The translations under genes and the position numbers were made by a program. Positions 17,961 through 28,042 of a stretch of DNA of 58,005 nucleotides are shown one piece after another; within the stretch, counting starts at the first letter, position 1; each line of letters begins with the position of its first letter. The notes beneath the pieces were generated by a model. It saw nothing but the letters and a program-made list of their open reading frames with translations. It was not told the origin of the DNA and ran no database searches. This DNA is from Chitinophagaceae bacterium (GTDB taxonomy: Bacteria; Bacteroidota; Bacteroidia; Chitinophagales; Chitinophagaceae), in contig DAORJS010000001.1 in NCBI GenBank assembly GCA_035439185.1, forward strand, positions 1 through 58,005, written 5' to 3'.

Positions 17961-19487
17961 ATGAAATACAATCGGTTAATAATATTTACGGCCCTTGTTG
18001 CAGTGGTCACCGGTACTATATCCTGTACCAAAAAACTGGATGAAGTTGTACCTCAGGATGCCATCAGTAAGGATCAGGCATTAAAAGATCCCAATGCTGC
18101 ACGGACTTTATACCACGGTGTTTATGGCCGTTTTCGGTCATTAGATGCGACCTTTTTTCAATTAGGGGAAATGCGATCTGATATCTGGGTTGATGGACTT
18201 TTCACAGAGTCTGTAGATGGTGGACTCCAGAATCTTTACCGGCACAATATCAGCAACCTGAATGTACCGTTTACCAACTGGGCGGGATTCTATAATCTGA
18301 TTTATAATTTTAACAGTGTTATTAAAATTATTCCACAAACACCACTGCCGGATGCCGAAAAGTCAAAGATCCTTGCAGAAGTATTTGGCTTAAGGGCTTA
18401 TGTGTATTACACAATGCTCAGAACCTGGGGTGCAGTACCATTGAATACCGAACCGGTGGAAACCATCAACAATGCTGCTGAAACTTATAAAGCCCGTAGC
18501 AGTCAGGATTCTGTTATGAGGCAGATCAAAGCGGATATAGAGCAGTCATTGCAGTTGTTTGGATCTGCGAATACCCTTTCTACTGCCAAACGAGTGTATT
18601 GGAGCCGGATTGCTTCCCTGATCTTGAAAGGCGATGTTTTTATCTGGTCGGGTACGCATATGGGAGGTGGTAATACTGATATTACAATGGCAAAAAATGT
18701 ATTGCAGGAAGTAAGGAACCTGCAGGGTGCTTCACTTGACCTCCAGACAAACTATGCTGATATATTTGATCCTACCAAGAAAAACAATAACAAGGAAATT
18801 ATTTTTGCCATCAATTATGAACTGCAGCAGGCACAGATGGGTATTTTCGGAAGTTTCCTTGTGAACTCCATTCAGGCTACCACCTTGTCTTTTGCCCAGG
18901 CGGCCACACCAACCGTTTCCTCGGTTTATCCTTATGTAAACGGTGCGAACCGGGTTGGGATGAATCAGGCCATGATCAACAGGTTAACTGCACCTCCTGC
19001 CGATCAACGGATCACGAACTCTTTCAGAGTGATGTATTCAACTGCCTCACCTTTTGGAACAAGAGGTATTTTGCTGACCAAGTATATCGGAACAACGGCC
19101 GGCACTTCTCAGGTATTCAACAACGATTTTCCGGTTTACAGGTATGCAGATGTATTGCTGCTGCTGGCTGAGGCAAAAGCTAAACTGGGAGAAGATCCCT
19201 CCGCTGAAATCAATGCGATCCGGCTTCGGGCATATGGGGCAGGCTATACCCCACATGTTAACGGTACGGTTACCAGCAATATGAATGTTATTCTGGAGGA
19301 ATACCTGCGGGAATTCATCGGGGAAGGAAAGCGGTGGTGGGCGCTGAGAAGGGCCGGGGATTCCTATGTATATGCGAATCTGAATCCGGTTTATTTTTCT
19401 CCAACCAGTACTGCTAAGTTCCTATTGCCGCTGTCACAGGCCATGTTAACATCAGATCCTTTATTGACACAAACACCTGGGTACTAA
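17961..19487 (+). CDS. susD: SusD/RagB-family glycan-binding lipoprotein (NanU-like by context)
   Basis: Lipobox TISC; LRAYVYY...WGAVPL, YRYADVLLLLAEA, EYLREFIGEGKRWWALRR, QTPGY terminus. Confidence 0.95.
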   Translation: MKYNRLIIFTALVAVVTGTISCTKKLDEVVPQDAISKDQALKDPNAARTLYHGVYGRFRSLDATFFQLGEMRSDIWVDGLFTESVDGGLQNLYRHNISNLNVPFTNWAGFYNLIYNFNSVIKIIPQTPLPDAEKSKILAEVFGLRAYVYYTMLRTWGAVPLNTEPVETINNAAETYKARSSQDSVMRQIKADIEQSLQLFGSANTLSTAKRVYWSRIASLILKGDVFIWSGTHMGGGNTDITMAKNVLQEVRNLQGASLDLQTNYADIFDPTKKNNNKEIIFAINYELQQAQMGIFGSFLVNSIQATTLSFAQAATPTVSSVYPYVNGANRVGMNQAMINRLTAPPADQRITNSFRVMYSTASPFGTRGILLTKYIGTTAGTSQVFNNDFPVYRYADVLLLLAEAKAKLGEDPSAEINAIRLRAYGAGYTPHVNGTVTSNMNVILEEYLREFIGEGKRWWALRRAGDSYVYANLNPVYFSPTSTAKFLLPLSQAMLTSDPLLTQTPGY

Positions 19488-19519
19488 ATATTTTTTTATA
19501 AGCAGTATAAGCAATCATC

Positions 19520-19543
19520 ACCGGGGACATTCCTGTCCCCGGT
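19520..19543 (+). terminator. Intra-operon hairpin after susD (terminator or mRNA stabiliser)
   Basis: Perfect 10-bp stem ACCGGGGACA / TGTCCCCGGT with a TTCC loop, followed by ATTTTAA. Confidence 0.7.
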
Positions 19544-19588
19544 ATTTTAAGATTATTTGTTATTTTAAGTTTCGATTAAATTTCCGGT

Positions 19589-20551
19589 ATGACAATCCAG
19601 CATTTATCAGGACTCATTGCAGCACCGTTCACCCCGATGCATAAAGATGGTTCATTACACCTTGAAATAATTCCACAATACTATGAAATGCTAAAGGTGA
19701 ACGGTATTAAAGGGGCTTTCATTTGTGGTTCTACAGGGGAGGGAGTTTCGCTGACTTCGCACGAAAAGATGAGGGTGGCAGAAGCATGGGCAGCCTGTAC
19801 AAGGGACGATGAGGACTTTATTGTTATGCCGCTTCTGGGCGGAGTTTCACTGTCCGATTGTAAAGATCTGGCCCTGCATGCCAGGGAGAACGGGTTGTAT
19901 GCAGTTTCTTTTACTGCTCCGTTCTATTTCAAACCCGCCTCAGTGGAAGCACTGGCCGCCTGTTGTCAGGAAATTGCATCCTGTGTGCCTGATATGCCGT
20001 TTTATTATTATCATATTCCAGTTCTTACCGGCACTTCGTTTTCAATGATTGATTTGCTGAAAGCGGTGGATGGTAAGATTCCCAATTTTGCAGGTATAAA
20101 ATATACACACGAGGATTTTATGGACTTTCTGTCCTGTCTGCATTACCGGGAGGGTAAGTTTGATATGCTATGGGGAAGAGATGAAAACATGCTGCCTGCA
20201 TTGTCATTGGGGGTCCGTGCATCAGTTGGAAGTACTTTTAACTATGCAGCACCCCTCTATTACCGGCTCATCGATGCTTTTCAACATGGTGATTTGAAAA
20301 AGGCTGCTCTTCTACAGCAACAATCAATTGATATGATCCGGCTGCTGGGGAAGTACGGCGGGATTGCAACAGGTAAGGCCTACATGAAACTGATCGGAAT
20401 GGATTGCGGTGAATTCCGGCTCCCTGTCAGAAACATGAGCGACAGAGATTTTGAAAAATTCAGCGATGAAGTCAGTGAATTGGGTTTTGAATATTTCCGG
20501 TCTGTTCCACCTGTACATTCCAATGCTGTGGTAACCGGATTGCAGCCATAA
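19589..20551 (+). CDS. nanA: N-acetylneuraminate lyase (DHDPS family; NanL type)
   Basis: GLIAAPFTPM, GSTGEG, YYYHIPVLTG, Schiff-base GIKYT, VGSTFNY; nan context. Confidence 0.9.
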   Translation: MTIQHLSGLIAAPFTPMHKDGSLHLEIIPQYYEMLKVNGIKGAFICGSTGEGVSLTSHEKMRVAEAWAACTRDDEDFIVMPLLGGVSLSDCKDLALHARENGLYAVSFTAPFYFKPASVEALAACCQEIASCVPDMPFYYYHIPVLTGTSFSMIDLLKAVDGKIPNFAGIKYTHEDFMDFLSCLHYREGKFDMLWGRDENMLPALSLGVRASVGSTFNYAAPLYYRLIDAFQHGDLKKAALLQQQSIDMIRLLGKYGGIATGKAYMKLIGMDCGEFRLPVRNMSDRDFEKFSDEVSELGFEYFRSVPPVHSNAVVTGLQP

Positions 20552-20556
20552 AACGG

Positions 20557-21717
20557 ATGCGTTTACATCATCATATAATCACAATCGCCATTATGTTGAT
20601 TACCGCTATAAGTCATGCACAGCTTAACGGTAAAACAATTTCCTGGCGTATTGCCGGCGAGCTGCCATCTGACCATAAGGGCGAATCCGCCAAAGGTCTG
20701 GCAGGGCCCGTAACCGGAGCGCATCATCGCATGATAATAATCGGCGGTGGGGCTAATTTCCCGGATAGTATGCCCTGGCAGGGGGGAAAGAAAAAGTATT
20801 ATCAGCAGGTCTTTGTTTTCAGGGTGACGGATAAAAAATTTGTGCCGGTGGATGGATCATTCCGGTTACCGGAGCCGGTTGCCTATGCTGCCACCTGTAC
20901 TACTCCTTTGGGTGTTTTTTATGCCGGTGGAGAAAATGAAAATGGTGTTTCCAGGAAAGCGTATTTATTGCAATGGGACAGGCAAAAGAAAGATCTGAAA
21001 TGTAAAGAGCTACCACTATTGCCTGACGGCCTTACCAATGCTGCTTGTGCTGCCTGGGGTAATCATGTTTACATAGCCGGTGGTGAAAACGGGAAGGAAG
21101 TAGTGGCAAGCTGCTGGTCTATAGATCTTGATAATATCAGTGCAGGTTGGAAGGAATGGCCTTCATTACCACATCCGGTTTCACATGCGGGATTGGCAGT
21201 GATACAAAACAAAACCACTAGTGCCATATTCCTGCTGGGGGGGCGTAGAAAAATTCCTGAAAGTATCAGTGAGCTTTATCAGTCAGTCTATCGTTTGGAT
21301 TTGAATAACCGTACTTGGACTGCTATGCCTGATTTACCTTATCCACTTTCAGCCGGAACCTGCATATATGTTGGTGATGACAATATTTATCTTTTTGGTG
21401 GTGAGCGTGGTACAGTTTTCAGTAAAGTGGAAGCCTGTCTTGTTGCGATCAGTAAGGAAAGCAGACAGTCTGAACGGGAAAAACTGGTGGAACAAAAAAA
21501 TCAATTGCTTCGTACTCATCCCGGTTTCAGCAGGGAAGTGATCTGTTATAATACCAACATTGGGAGTTACAAAATAAGTGGTTTAATTCCTTACCCAACA
21601 CCGGTAACCACAACTGCTTTCTGGTATAGGAATGCTGTCATCATCCCAAGCGGTGAAATAAGGGCCGGTGTCCGAAGCCCGCAGTTGCTGCTTGCAAAAA
21701 TCCCCCGTGAAAAGTAG
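20557..21717 (+). CDS. nanM: Kelch-repeat N-acetylneuraminate mutarotase (NanM-like), secreted
   Basis: Signal peptide; GGGANFP..MPWQGGKKKYY, repeated GGE kelch blades, HPGF, C-terminal SGEIRAGVRSP. Confidence 0.75.
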   Translation: MRLHHHIITIAIMLITAISHAQLNGKTISWRIAGELPSDHKGESAKGLAGPVTGAHHRMIIIGGGANFPDSMPWQGGKKKYYQQVFVFRVTDKKFVPVDGSFRLPEPVAYAATCTTPLGVFYAGGENENGVSRKAYLLQWDRQKKDLKCKELPLLPDGLTNAACAAWGNHVYIAGGENGKEVVASCWSIDLDNISAGWKEWPSLPHPVSHAGLAVIQNKTTSAIFLLGGRRKIPESISELYQSVYRLDLNNRTWTAMPDLPYPLSAGTCIYVGDDNIYLFGGERGTVFSKVEACLVAISKESRQSEREKLVEQKNQLLRTHPGFSREVICYNTNIGSYKISGLIPYPTPVTTTAFWYRNAVIIPSGEIRAGVRSPQLLLAKIPREK

Positions 21718-22949
21718 TGATCAGGTCTAAATCATATCCATGGGTCATTGTGGCGCTACTTTGGGTAGTGGCATTACTCAATTACCTGGATCGTCAGATG
21801 CTCAGCACGATGAAACCGGCAATCATGAAGGATATTCCGGAACTTACATCCGCTGTCAATTTTGGTTACCTGATGGGGATATTTCTGTGGGTGTATGGTG
21901 CGGTAAGTCCACTTGCAGGAATCTTTGCAGATAAAGTAAGCCGCAAATGGATTATAGTTGGCAGTTTGTTTGTTTGGAGCGGAGTTACTTTTCTGATGGG
22001 ATATGCCACCAGTTATAACGAATTATACTGGCTTCGTGCATTAATGGGCGTGAGTGAAGCATTGTATATACCTGCCGGTTTATCGCTGATTGCAGATTAT
22101 CATAGTGACAAGACCAGGTCTTTGGCCGTGGGTATACACATGACCGGATTGTACATGGGACAAGCCTTGGGTGGCTTCGGGGCTACTATTGCCAAAAATT
22201 TCTCCTGGCAGCAAACATTCAGCACATTTGGTATCATCGGTGTTCTTTATTCTTTTATACTTGTTTTTTTACTCAGGGAAAAAAGGAATGACATAGTTGA
22301 CCAGCGACTGGAGCCACCAGAGAAGGTTTCAGTCTTCAGGGGGCTTGCAGTGTTATTCACCAACATATCCTATTGGATCATACTCTTTTATTTTGCTATT
22401 CCAAGTTTACCCGGCTGGGGAGTCAAGAACTGGCTACCGACTTTGTTTGCCGAAAATCTTCAGATTGATATGTCCAAGGCCGGTCCGTTGTCAACGATTA
22501 CTATTGCAGCATCTTCCTTTCTCGGGGTCATATTCGGAGGAGTGCTTTCCGACCGATGGGTGCAGAAAAATATTCGGGGCAGGATTTTTACCAGTGCGAT
22601 TGGTTTGGGACTCACGGTACCTGCTTTACTTTTTATTGGATTTGGGCACTCCCTTTTTTCAATTATCAGTGCTGCTTTTTGCTTTGGTTTTGGCTTTGGC
22701 ATGTTCGACGCGAACAATATGCCGATTCTTTGCCAGTTTGTATCGCAGAGGTACCGGGCTACGGCCTATGGCTTTATGAACATGGTTGGCGTTTTCGCAG
22801 GTGCTTTCATCACTAATCTTTTGGGTAAATCCACCGATGCCGGTCACCTGGGTAAGGATTTTGCTATGCTCTCAGGAATAGTTGTTCTGGCCCTTATGAT
22901 ACAGCTTGTATTTTTAAAGCCTTCCCCAATGGAACAAAGCAATAAATAA
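21717..22949 (+). CDS. nanT: MFS transporter, probable sialic acid importer
   Basis: Multiple TM helices; LLNYLDRQ, GIFADKVSRK, GVLSDRW; GTG start overlaps the nanM stop. Confidence 0.8.
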   Translation: MIRSKSYPWVIVALLWVVALLNYLDRQMLSTMKPAIMKDIPELTSAVNFGYLMGIFLWVYGAVSPLAGIFADKVSRKWIIVGSLFVWSGVTFLMGYATSYNELYWLRALMGVSEALYIPAGLSLIADYHSDKTRSLAVGIHMTGLYMGQALGGFGATIAKNFSWQQTFSTFGIIGVLYSFILVFLLREKRNDIVDQRLEPPEKVSVFRGLAVLFTNISYWIILFYFAIPSLPGWGVKNWLPTLFAENLQIDMSKAGPLSTITIAASSFLGVIFGGVLSDRWVQKNIRGRIFTSAIGLGLTVPALLFIGFGHSLFSIISAAFCFGFGFGMFDANNMPILCQFVSQRYRATAYGFMNMVGVFAGAFITNLLGKSTDAGHLGKDFAMLSGIVVLALMIQLVFLKPSPMEQSNK

Positions 22950-22954
22950 GTATT

Positions 22955-24115
22955 ATGAAAAGAGCAATGATTTTTTTTACAGTGGTATTGGTTATAGCAG
23001 AACTTAACGCCCAACAAAAAGGGGTCACGGTTTTTGAATCAGGTATGGAGGGGCATAAGTCTTATCGCATTCCTGCCATTATTTCACTGCCGAATGGTGA
23101 TATACTTGCTTTTGCCGAAGGGAGAAAAAATAATGCCAGTGATTTTGGAGATATCAATATCGTGCAGAAGCGGAGTAAAGACAAAGGTAAAACCTGGACC
23201 GAATTACAAACGATAGTCGACTATGCTGCTTTGCAGGCAGGAAATCCTGCACCCGTTGTTGATCTGACAGACCCTAAGTATCCGGCCGGGCGTGTTTTTT
23301 TATTCTACAATACCGGAAATAATCATGAAGGGGAAGTACGTAAAGGAAAAGGTTTGCGTGAAGTATGGTATATCACTTCCTCAGACGGTGGGCAAACCTG
23401 GAGTGAGGCAGTCAATATAACCTTGCAGGTACATCGGCCGAACCAGCCTGCAGTAAACAGGGCTTACCAGTTTAGTGAAGACTGGCGCAGTTATGCCAAT
23501 ACCCCGGGTCATGCGATGCAGTTTCAGGAAGGTACTTACCGGGGCAGGATATTTGTAGCCGCCAATCACTCGGCCGGTGAACCGAAGAAGCAGGCGGAAG
23601 ATTATGATGCACACGGATTTTATACTGATGATCACGGCACGACTTTTCAACTCGGTTCAGATCTCAAAGTTCCCGGTAGCAACGAATCGATTGCTGCGGA
23701 ACTGGGTATGGGAAAACTTATGATGAACAGCCGCAACCAGAAAGGGCATATCCGTACCCGTATTGTTTCGGTCAGCAGTGATGGCGGACAAACATGGGAT
23801 ACGAGTTACTACGATCATCAGCTCCCTGATCCTGTATGTCAGGGCACCCTGCTGAATATCGGTAAAAAGAAAGGGAAGAATATCCTTGCGTTTTGTAATG
23901 CAGCAGATGAAAAAAAAAGAGACAATCTCACCTTGAGGATCAGCTTCGATGAAGGACAATCATGGCCAAAATCCTATCTCATCGATCGGGCAGAACTGCT
24001 CAAGGATAATACTGCCTATTCAGATATTATTAAAGTGTCTAAGCGGGAAATTGGGGTGCTGTATGAGAAAAACAATTATTCCAAGATATTATTCACAACT
24101 GTGAAGTGGAAATAA
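22955..24115 (+). CDS. nanH: GH33 exo-alpha-sialidase
   Basis: YRIP motif; Asp-boxes SKDKGKTW, SSDGGQTW, TDDHGTTF, SSDGGQTW, SFDEGQSW; AYSD, LYE. Confidence 0.93.
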   Translation: MKRAMIFFTVVLVIAELNAQQKGVTVFESGMEGHKSYRIPAIISLPNGDILAFAEGRKNNASDFGDINIVQKRSKDKGKTWTELQTIVDYAALQAGNPAPVVDLTDPKYPAGRVFLFYNTGNNHEGEVRKGKGLREVWYITSSDGGQTWSEAVNITLQVHRPNQPAVNRAYQFSEDWRSYANTPGHAMQFQEGTYRGRIFVAANHSAGEPKKQAEDYDAHGFYTDDHGTTFQLGSDLKVPGSNESIAAELGMGKLMMNSRNQKGHIRTRIVSVSSDGGQTWDTSYYDHQLPDPVCQGTLLNIGKKKGKNILAFCNAADEKKRDNLTLRISFDEGQSWPKSYLIDRAELLKDNTAYSDIIKVSKREIGVLYEKNNYSKILFTTVKWK

Positions 24116-24125
24116 CCAAGGTTAT

Positions 24126-25316
24126 ATGAAATACACTGTTAATGATTTGATCAGTTTGAGGAATTTTTATCAGGAACGGCTTCTTGAAAACACGATCCCG
24201 TTTTGGTTTCCGCGTTCCTATGACAGGGAACAAGGGGGGTTTTTACTAATGCGGGATGCTGACGGTAGTCTGCTCGATGATGATAAAGCCGTTTGGGTAC
24301 AAGGCAGGGCAACCTGGATGCTCTCTACTTTGTATAATACTGTGGAGAAACGTCCGGAATGGCTCGAAGGAGCAAAGCTTGGATACGAATTCCTGAACAA
24401 GTATTGCTTTGATACGGATGGGAAGATGTTTTTCCATGTAACAAGGGATGGGAGACCGATCCGGAAAAGAAGATATTTTTTTTCAGAGACTTTCTATGTC
24501 ATTGCTGCAGCTGCCTATTCAAAAGCAACTGGTGATCAGGAAGCTGCTGATAAAGCAAGAGAAGTTTTTGGAAAATGTATTGAGTATGCTACCCGGCCGG
24601 AATTGTTGCCGGCAAAGTTTACCAATACAAGGCCGTCGAAAGGAATCGGAATTCCGATGATTATGATCAATACTGCTCAGCAACTGAGAGAAACGATTGG
24701 TGACCCACGTTGTGACGAATGGATCAGCAAATGGATAGCAGAAATCGAGCGGGATTTTGTGAAGCATGATATCCGTTGTGTAATGGAGCAGGTGGCACCG
24801 GATGGCAGTATTATCGACCATATAGATGGAAGAACCCTGAATCCGGGACATGCTATTGAAGGGGCCTGGTTCATACTGCATGAAGCGATTTACCGTAACA
24901 ATGATCCGCACCTGATCGATCTCGGATGCCGCATGATTGACTATATGTGGGAGAGAGGATGGGATGAAAAATACGGAGGGATTTTATATTTCCGGGATGT
25001 ATATAACAAACCCGTTCAGGAGTACTGGCAGGATATGAAAATGTGGTGGCCCCATAATGAAACGATCATCGCTACGCTTTTGGCTTACCTGATTACGGGT
25101 GATCATAAATATGCTGAAATGCATCAAAAGGTGCATGAGTATTCCTATCGTCATTTTCCTGACGAGACAAACGGAGAATGGTATGGCTACCTTCATCGGG
25201 ATGGATCAATTGCTCAGCCGGCAAAAGGTAATATGTTCAAAGGACCCTTTCATTTACCACGGCAGGAATGGTATTGTTCGGCGTTACTCAACAGGCATAT
25301 TAAGAAAGATGAATAA
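24126..25316 (+). CDS. nanE: N-acylglucosamine 2-epimerase (AGE family)
   Basis: DKAVWVQGR, RKRRYFFSETF, NPGHAIE, KMWWPHNE, GEWYGYLHRDG, FKGPFHLPR. Confidence 0.9.
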   Translation: MKYTVNDLISLRNFYQERLLENTIPFWFPRSYDREQGGFLLMRDADGSLLDDDKAVWVQGRATWMLSTLYNTVEKRPEWLEGAKLGYEFLNKYCFDTDGKMFFHVTRDGRPIRKRRYFFSETFYVIAAAAYSKATGDQEAADKAREVFGKCIEYATRPELLPAKFTNTRPSKGIGIPMIMINTAQQLRETIGDPRCDEWISKWIAEIERDFVKHDIRCVMEQVAPDGSIIDHIDGRTLNPGHAIEGAWFILHEAIYRNNDPHLIDLGCRMIDYMWERGWDEKYGGILYFRDVYNKPVQEYWQDMKMWWPHNETIIATLLAYLITGDHKYAEMHQKVHEYSYRHFPDETNGEWYGYLHRDGSIAQPAKGNMFKGPFHLPRQEWYCSALLNRHIKKDE

Positions 25317-26826
25317 ATTGTTGTTGCTGGTTTTGTTCCCTGGAGTTTTACAGGCACAATTGCGCCTGTCCAATTTTTTTTCAGATGGGATGATCATACA
25401 GCAGCAGCAACCGGTTACGGTATGGGGTAAAGGGGTGCCGGGGATGCAAGTGACAGTTACGCTGGGAAGCCAATCCGGTCAAACAAATGTAAATGCCGAC
25501 TCCACCTGGTTTTTGCAATTACCTGCACAGTCAGCCAGCCGTAAACAGTTTGTGATGACAGTGGTGTCCGGTGAACAAAAAGTAATACTTGAAAATATTT
25601 TGTTTGGTGATCTTTGGATCTGTATGGGTCAGAGTAATATGGAGTTCCCTATGGAAAGGGAACTTCACTGGAGTACAGAAAAGCAATCTGCGCATGAACC
25701 GATGGTCCGTTTCCTGAATCCTATACCTGCAGGAAAAAATATTTACAACAGGCCTTTTCCTGATTCCATACTTACAAAACTAAATTCAGTATCTTATTTC
25801 CATTGGAAGGGCTGGCAGGTTTGTGATGCCGGATCGGCCAGTACCATGAGTGCCGTGGCTTATTATTTCGCCAGGAGAATTTATCGGGAAACGGGAATTC
25901 CAATCGGTGTAATAAATTTAGGCATCGGGGGCGCGCCATTGGAGTCTTTCATCAGTCAGGAAGTATTGGAAGCATATCCGGAATTTAAAGCTAAACAGAA
26001 AGGGAATTGGTTATACAATCCGGCGCTTCCCGTCTGGGTGAGAGAGAGGGGTATGCAAAATATCGGTGACCGTCAGCATTTGTATGATGAAGGAAATGGG
26101 CCAGCTCATCCTTTTAAGCCCTCTTTTATTTATGAAGCGGGTATTCGCCCCTTACTCCGGACTTCAATCAAAGGCATTCTCTGTTATCAGGGAGAAAGCA
26201 ACGCGCAGGAACTGCCAAGAGTAAATGAGTATGCAGCCCTCAGTGCAGTTATGGTTAAGGATTTTCGATTGAAATGGAACCAACCAACTTTGCCATTCTA
26301 TTTTGTTCAGCTTTCTTCAATCGACTCTGTCCGGTACCGCAGCCAGTTATGGCCTGCATTCAGGGAGGAACAAAGAAAAATGCTACAGTTGATCCCTTAT
26401 TCAGGAATGGCTGTGAGCAGTGACCTTGGCGCCCGAGATGATGTGCATCCTTTGAATAAGCGGGATGTTGGTGAACGGTTAGCACGTCTGGCATTGGCCG
26501 GAACTTACCATAAAAAACGGATACCCTCCGGTCCGCTTCCGTCAGGCAGCGCGTACAAAAAAGGGAAGTTGATACTAAAATTTAAATATACCGGGCGTGG
26601 TTTGCAGACAAAAGACGGAGGACCATTGACCGGTTTTTCATTAAGGGATTCGGTTCAGTTATTGGCTAATGTCCGTCATAAAAAAGTGGTTATTAAAATA
26701 GACCATTTGCCATCAGCTGTCAGTTATGGATGGAAGCCTTTCAGCGATGGTAACCTGATCAATTCGGCATTATTACCGGCCTCTACATTTCAATTGACAT
26801 TATCCCGAACTCAATCGAAAAAATGA
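25309..26826 (+). CDS. Sialate O-acetylesterase (SASA/DUF303 family), secreted
   Basis: GDLWICMGQSNM, SAVAYYFA, YQGESN, PFYFVQL, DVHP.NKRDVGERLA. Probable start MNKLLLLVLF at 25309 overlapping the nanE end. Confidence 0.88.
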   Translation: MNKLLLLVLFPGVLQAQLRLSNFFSDGMIIQQQQPVTVWGKGVPGMQVTVTLGSQSGQTNVNADSTWFLQLPAQSASRKQFVMTVVSGEQKVILENILFGDLWICMGQSNMEFPMERELHWSTEKQSAHEPMVRFLNPIPAGKNIYNRPFPDSILTKLNSVSYFHWKGWQVCDAGSASTMSAVAYYFARRIYRETGIPIGVINLGIGGAPLESFISQEVLEAYPEFKAKQKGNWLYNPALPVWVRERGMQNIGDRQHLYDEGNGPAHPFKPSFIYEAGIRPLLRTSIKGILCYQGESNAQELPRVNEYAALSAVMVKDFRLKWNQPTLPFYFVQLSSIDSVRYRSQLWPAFREEQRKMLQLIPYSGMAVSSDLGARDDVHPLNKRDVGERLARLALAGTYHKKRIPSGPLPSGSAYKKGKLILKFKYTGRGLQTKDGGPLTGFSLRDSVQLLANVRHKKVVIKIDHLPSAVSYGWKPFSDGNLINSALLPASTFQLTLSRTQSKK

Positions 26827-28031
26827 AAAAGTATCCTGTTTTCCTGTTCTTATTTTTCTGCACCCGGTTTGCGTTATCCCAAAACTCAGGACCGGCATCC
26901 GTACCGCCAATGGGCTGGATGAGCTGGAATAGTTTGGCAGAACGGGTAAATGAAAAGGACCTCAGGGAAATCGCTGAGGTGATGGTCAGCACTGGCATGG
27001 TGGAAGCAGGGTATAATTATATTTTTATTGATGATGGCTGGCAGGGAGGAAGGGATAACCGGAATAACATCATTCCGGATCCCGTTAAATTCCCTTCGGG
27101 GATCCGCTCACTTTCCGACTATTTGCATAACAGGGGAATCCGGCTGGGTATATACAGCGATGCTGCACAGCTTACCTGTGCCGGTTATACGGGTTCGTTC
27201 GGATTTGAAGAACAGGATGCAAGAACTTTTGCTTCCTGGCAGATTGACTATCTGAAATATGATTATTGCAATGCACCTTCGGATATGGCAACAGCAAAGC
27301 TCAGGTATAAGGCAATGGCTGATGCTTTACAGAAAACCGGAAGGCCCATCCTTTTCGCGGTTTGTGAATGGGGCGAGCGGCAACCATGGCTTTGGGCTGC
27401 AGCAGCAGGCGGACATTTATGGCGAACCACTCATGACATCAGGGATAAATGGAAGATGCTTCCTTCGGAGAAATGGGGGCTTGGTATATTAGATATACTT
27501 GATGTTAACTCTGGACTTTCAAAATATGCCGGACCGGGCAGATGGAATGATGCAGATATGCTCGTGACCGGTTTGTATGGGAAAAAAGGGCCTTCGGGTG
27601 ATGGAGGAGGAAATGGTTGCACAGATACTGAATACCAAAGTCAGTTCAGTCTCTGGGCGATCATGAGTGCCCCCCTTTACGCCAGTAATGATCTTCGTCA
27701 AATGAATAGCCAAACCCTTTCTATTCTGCTGAACCGGGAAGTGATTGCAGTACAGCAGGATCCGCTTGGCAAGCCTGGAAAACGAATCATCGCCGACAGT
27801 GTATGGAATGTTTTCCTAAAGCCAATGCAGAATGGAGATTACAGTATCGCCATCCTCAACAGAAGTGACCGTCCGGCTCATTTTGTTTTTGATTTTAATA
27901 AATGCGGCCTTCCTGGTTTTTACAGAATCAGGGACCTGTGGCTTCATGAGACAAGTGCCGGAACTAAACAATGGACTGGTGAGGTGAAGGGACACGAAAC
28001 AAAATTATTACGACTAAGCAGCAGCCACTAA
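26823..28031 (+). CDS. GH27 alpha-galactosidase
   Basis: PPMGWMSWN, IDDGWQ, YLKYDYC, WRTTHDI, GRWNDADML, C-terminal RDLW beta-domain. Confidence 0.93.
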   Translation: MKKYPVFLFLFFCTRFALSQNSGPASVPPMGWMSWNSLAERVNEKDLREIAEVMVSTGMVEAGYNYIFIDDGWQGGRDNRNNIIPDPVKFPSGIRSLSDYLHNRGIRLGIYSDAAQLTCAGYTGSFGFEEQDARTFASWQIDYLKYDYCNAPSDMATAKLRYKAMADALQKTGRPILFAVCEWGERQPWLWAAAAGGHLWRTTHDIRDKWKMLPSEKWGLGILDILDVNSGLSKYAGPGRWNDADMLVTGLYGKKGPSGDGGGNGCTDTEYQSQFSLWAIMSAPLYASNDLRQMNSQTLSILLNREVIAVQQDPLGKPGKRIIADSVWNVFLKPMQNGDYSIAILNRSDRPAHFVFDFNKCGLPGFYRIRDLWLHETSAGTKQWTGEVKGHETKLLRLSSSH

Positions 28032-28042
28032 TTCTTTGTGAA

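Noticed and set aside
25099-25308. Long N-terminal extensions in the ORF track (also 34468, 38745, 9201, 8885, 4190)
   Set aside because: They overlap upstream genes or promoters; downstream starts give proper signal peptides or domain boundaries.
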